A DNA stretch of 64,000 nt from an uncultured cyanobacterium (lineage in GTDB: Bacteria > Cyanobacteriota > Cyanobacteriia > PCC-9006 > JAAUQQ01), in contig OY970368.1 of the NCBI GenBank assembly GCA_963718615.1, positions 2,688,001 to 2,752,000 of the forward strand, in the 5' to 3' direction. A program made the position numbers and the translations under genes. How positions within the stretch are numbered: position 1 is the stretch's first letter; every line of letters begins with the position of its first letter. Positions 62,272 through 64,000 of the stretch are shown piece by piece. The notes under the pieces were generated by a model, which worked only from the letters and a program-made list of their open reading frames with translations, was not told the origin of the DNA and did not search any database.

Positions 62272-62724
62272 CTATACCGCGATCGCGGCTCCAAATTCCG
62301 ACTCAATCTGTCCTCGCGTCAGCCCCATCATCTCCAGTACATCATCCGGATAGCCTAACGTGTCCCCACGCTTAATTTCACGCCACGGATTCTCTTCATC
62401 CGGCAGTGGGCTCCAGCCACACTTGAAAACCCAGATTTCGTCATATTCCTGCATCCCAGGGATATCCGCAGGGTAGCATTGTCCCTCCGTAGTAATAACC
62501 CAAGGCGCTGCACGGTGGTGGGTTGGGCTATTAGGGAAGCGAGGATCGATCGCCTCAGGTATTTGACAGTGGTCATTCACTGGGCGATCGCCTATCTGCA
62601 ACAGCGGGCCACCGCTATAGTCAGCACCGTGGCCTAGGCGACTGAGGTCAAGTTGGTCTCGAACAGACCTGTCCTGCGGGATTTGGCTCCAGTCGGGTTC
62701 TAGAACAATCAATCGGCTAGTCAT
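62272..62724 (-). CDS. hypothetical protein
   Basis: 150-aa ORF overlapping the upstream ORF by 8 bp. Confidence 0.6.
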   Translation of the reverse strand: MTSRLIVLEPDWSQIPQDRSVRDQLDLSRLGHGADYSGGPLLQIGDRPVNDHCQIPEAIDPRFPNSPTHHRAAPWVITTEGQCYPADIPGMQEYDEIWVFKCGWSPLPDEENPWREIKRGDTLGYPDDVLEMMGLTRGQIESEFGAAIAV

Positions 62725-62953
62725 CGTCAGCTTCTCCAGCAGTATGGTCTATTGAACGCTTTGGGAACTGGCAATCGCCCAAGAAAACGCAATTTACGGG
62801 TAAAAGCCTTGAATCAGTATTCTCATAACGATCCGCCACGCTCCTTGGCTGCTTCCATTTATATTTTCTCGCCATGGTGTTGCAGCATTCTTCGGAAACG
62901 GCAGGCCAGCGAGTTTCATCTCTTCCCGGATCATAAGCAGGATTAGCCGCCAT
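62717..62953 (-). CDS. small Cys-containing hypothetical protein
   Basis: 78-aa ORF with GGAGG-like RBS; coupled to the downstream ORF. Confidence 0.55.
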   Translation of the reverse strand: MAANPAYDPGRDETRWPAVSEECCNTMARKYKWKQPRSVADRYENTDSRLLPVNCVFLGDCQFPKRSIDHTAGEADDD

Positions 62954-63178
62954 AGGGAGCCTCCGCAGCCTTAATATCCCAGTGAACCGCCTTAGAGACT
63001 TTTAGTACACCCATGCGTTCTTAACTAAAATCCATGTATTGCAAACCTAATGCCGTCAGCAATGCTTGTCAATTCTCAAGCCTTGCTTGACGAGCAGGCC
63101 TCCTGATTCCTACACCGCTAGGAAAGACAAAATGATTGTCTTCGTTCCGGTCCCTGTGGTAACGTTGTTAAACATTAA

Positions 63179-63252
63179 GGACGTATAGCTCAGTTGGTTA
63201 GAGCACCACGTTGACATCGTGGGGGTCACTGGTTCGAGTCCAGTTACGTCCA
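63179..63252 (+). tRNA. trnV: tRNA-Val (GAC)
   Basis: GGACGTA/TACGTCC acceptor stem, D-loop AGTTGGTTA, CCACG-TTGACAT-CGTGG anticodon arm, GGTTCGAGTCC T-arm; CCA not encoded. Confidence 0.97.
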
Positions 63253-63274
63253 TAGACATCTACCAAGTCTAAAG

Positions 63275-63307
63275 AAGCCCTTGATATGAGAGTATCAGGG
63301 GCTTTCT
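63275..63307. terminator. hairpin terminator downstream of tRNA-Val and the convergent CDS
   Basis: AAGCCCTTGATA-N6-TATCAGGGGCTT followed by TCT. Confidence 0.65.
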
Positions 63308-63326
63308 ATGGGGATTTCCAGACGCC

Positions 63327-64000
63327 TTAATCCAAGAACAGGCGGCCATCCTCTAGGACGGTGAGTACCCCTTGGATATTGTTAAATTCTCCTGAACGAT
63401 TCAGGGTGAGAGACACCAGCCCCTGGACATTATCCACTGGCGTGATGCGCAGAAATCCACCATCGGGTCGATTGAGCGTAATCGTCACCGGCAGGGGCAA
63501 ATCCTTAAGCAAAACCGACTCCCCTTGACCCAGCAGACGCGGCGCGGCGTGGGTAATGATTTCGTAGGAAACATCGGTTGTGGTGTTGTTGCTGAGGCGC
63601 AGCGAAAACTTGCCCGCTTGGGGGCGAACCGTGGCGATCGCCATCTCCTGGTTTTCCGGCAACGGTGCAGCCGTTAGCTCACCCCCCTGGGGAACTTGAC
63701 CCACGAGCTCTGGGGGCAAACTGCCAATCTCTCCCCCCATGCCGGTATAGGGACCCGAGGCATCCGCAAGACCCGGTACATAGGTCTGGGCTTCTAGGAT
63801 GGGCAGCAGCGGTTGGCTGAGAGTTGAACTGATACCCAAGGGAAATGGGGGAACCGGGGAAACCAGGGGAACTAGGGTCAGGGCTGATTCCTGAAATTGA
63901 CGGGTTGCCTGGTTGGGAGGGCATTGTTCTGGAACCCTTAACCGGCTGTTGTAGGGTTCTTCGTAATAGATGCTAAGGCAGGAATGGGGGCTTAGGGGCT
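63327..64000 (-). CDS. conserved cyanobacterial hypothetical protein (5' end outside window)
   Basis: Frame stays open upstream of 63839 to the window edge (C.SIYYEEP.N...VP..CPPN motif). Confidence 0.7.
   Translation of the reverse strand, partial: PLSPHSCLSIYYEEPYNSRLRVPEQCPPNQATRQFQESALTLVPLVSPVPPFPLGISSTLSQPLLPILEAQTYVPGLADASGPYTGMGGEIGSLPPELVGQVPQGGELTAAPLPENQEMAIATVRPQAGKFSLRLSNNTTTDVSYEIITHAAPRLLGQGESVLLKDLPLPVTITLNRPDGGFLRITPVDNVQGLVSLTLNRSGEFNNIQGVLTVLEDGRLFLD

Noticed and set aside
63179-63330. tRNA-Val as the integration site of a genomic island
   Set aside because: The 3' side has only a terminator and a conserved gene; no integrase or att duplication is in the window.

Overview
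A 64-kb chromosomal window from a cyanobacterium: the HIP1 octamer GCGATCGC is pervasive, and chlLN, groESL with CIRCE and K-box, and a tRNA-Val(GAC) without encoded CCA are present. Nothing here indicates heterocyst formation. Most of the window is core metabolism and envelope genes (pgm, ubiH-like, OmpR regulator, iscA/sufA, chlL/chlN, glmM, SLT, azoR, purT, mqo, groESL). Four things stand out. (1) A small secreted-type protein (10282-10704) carries six tandem [AG]YR[AG][ST][GE]R cores resembling the PatS/PatX RGSGR signal, and is preceded by a DIF1-like TCCGGA-N17-GTAGA promoter. (2) Two protease-armed NLR-like genes (CHAT-NB-ARC-TPR and caspase-NB-ARC-helical repeat) have near-identical repeat arrays that vary at only a few codons. 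(3) At both NLR-like loci the plus strand is strongly G/T-rich left of the array and C/A-rich right of it, regardless of gene orientation. (4) A candidate defence island beside groEL holds YhcG, Rpn, toxin-antitoxin and DUF4365-like debris, and an uncharacterised three-gene HNH operon. No CRISPR array, rRNA, integrase, IS transposase or reverse transcriptase was seen. All family assignments come from motif recognition by eye, not database searches.
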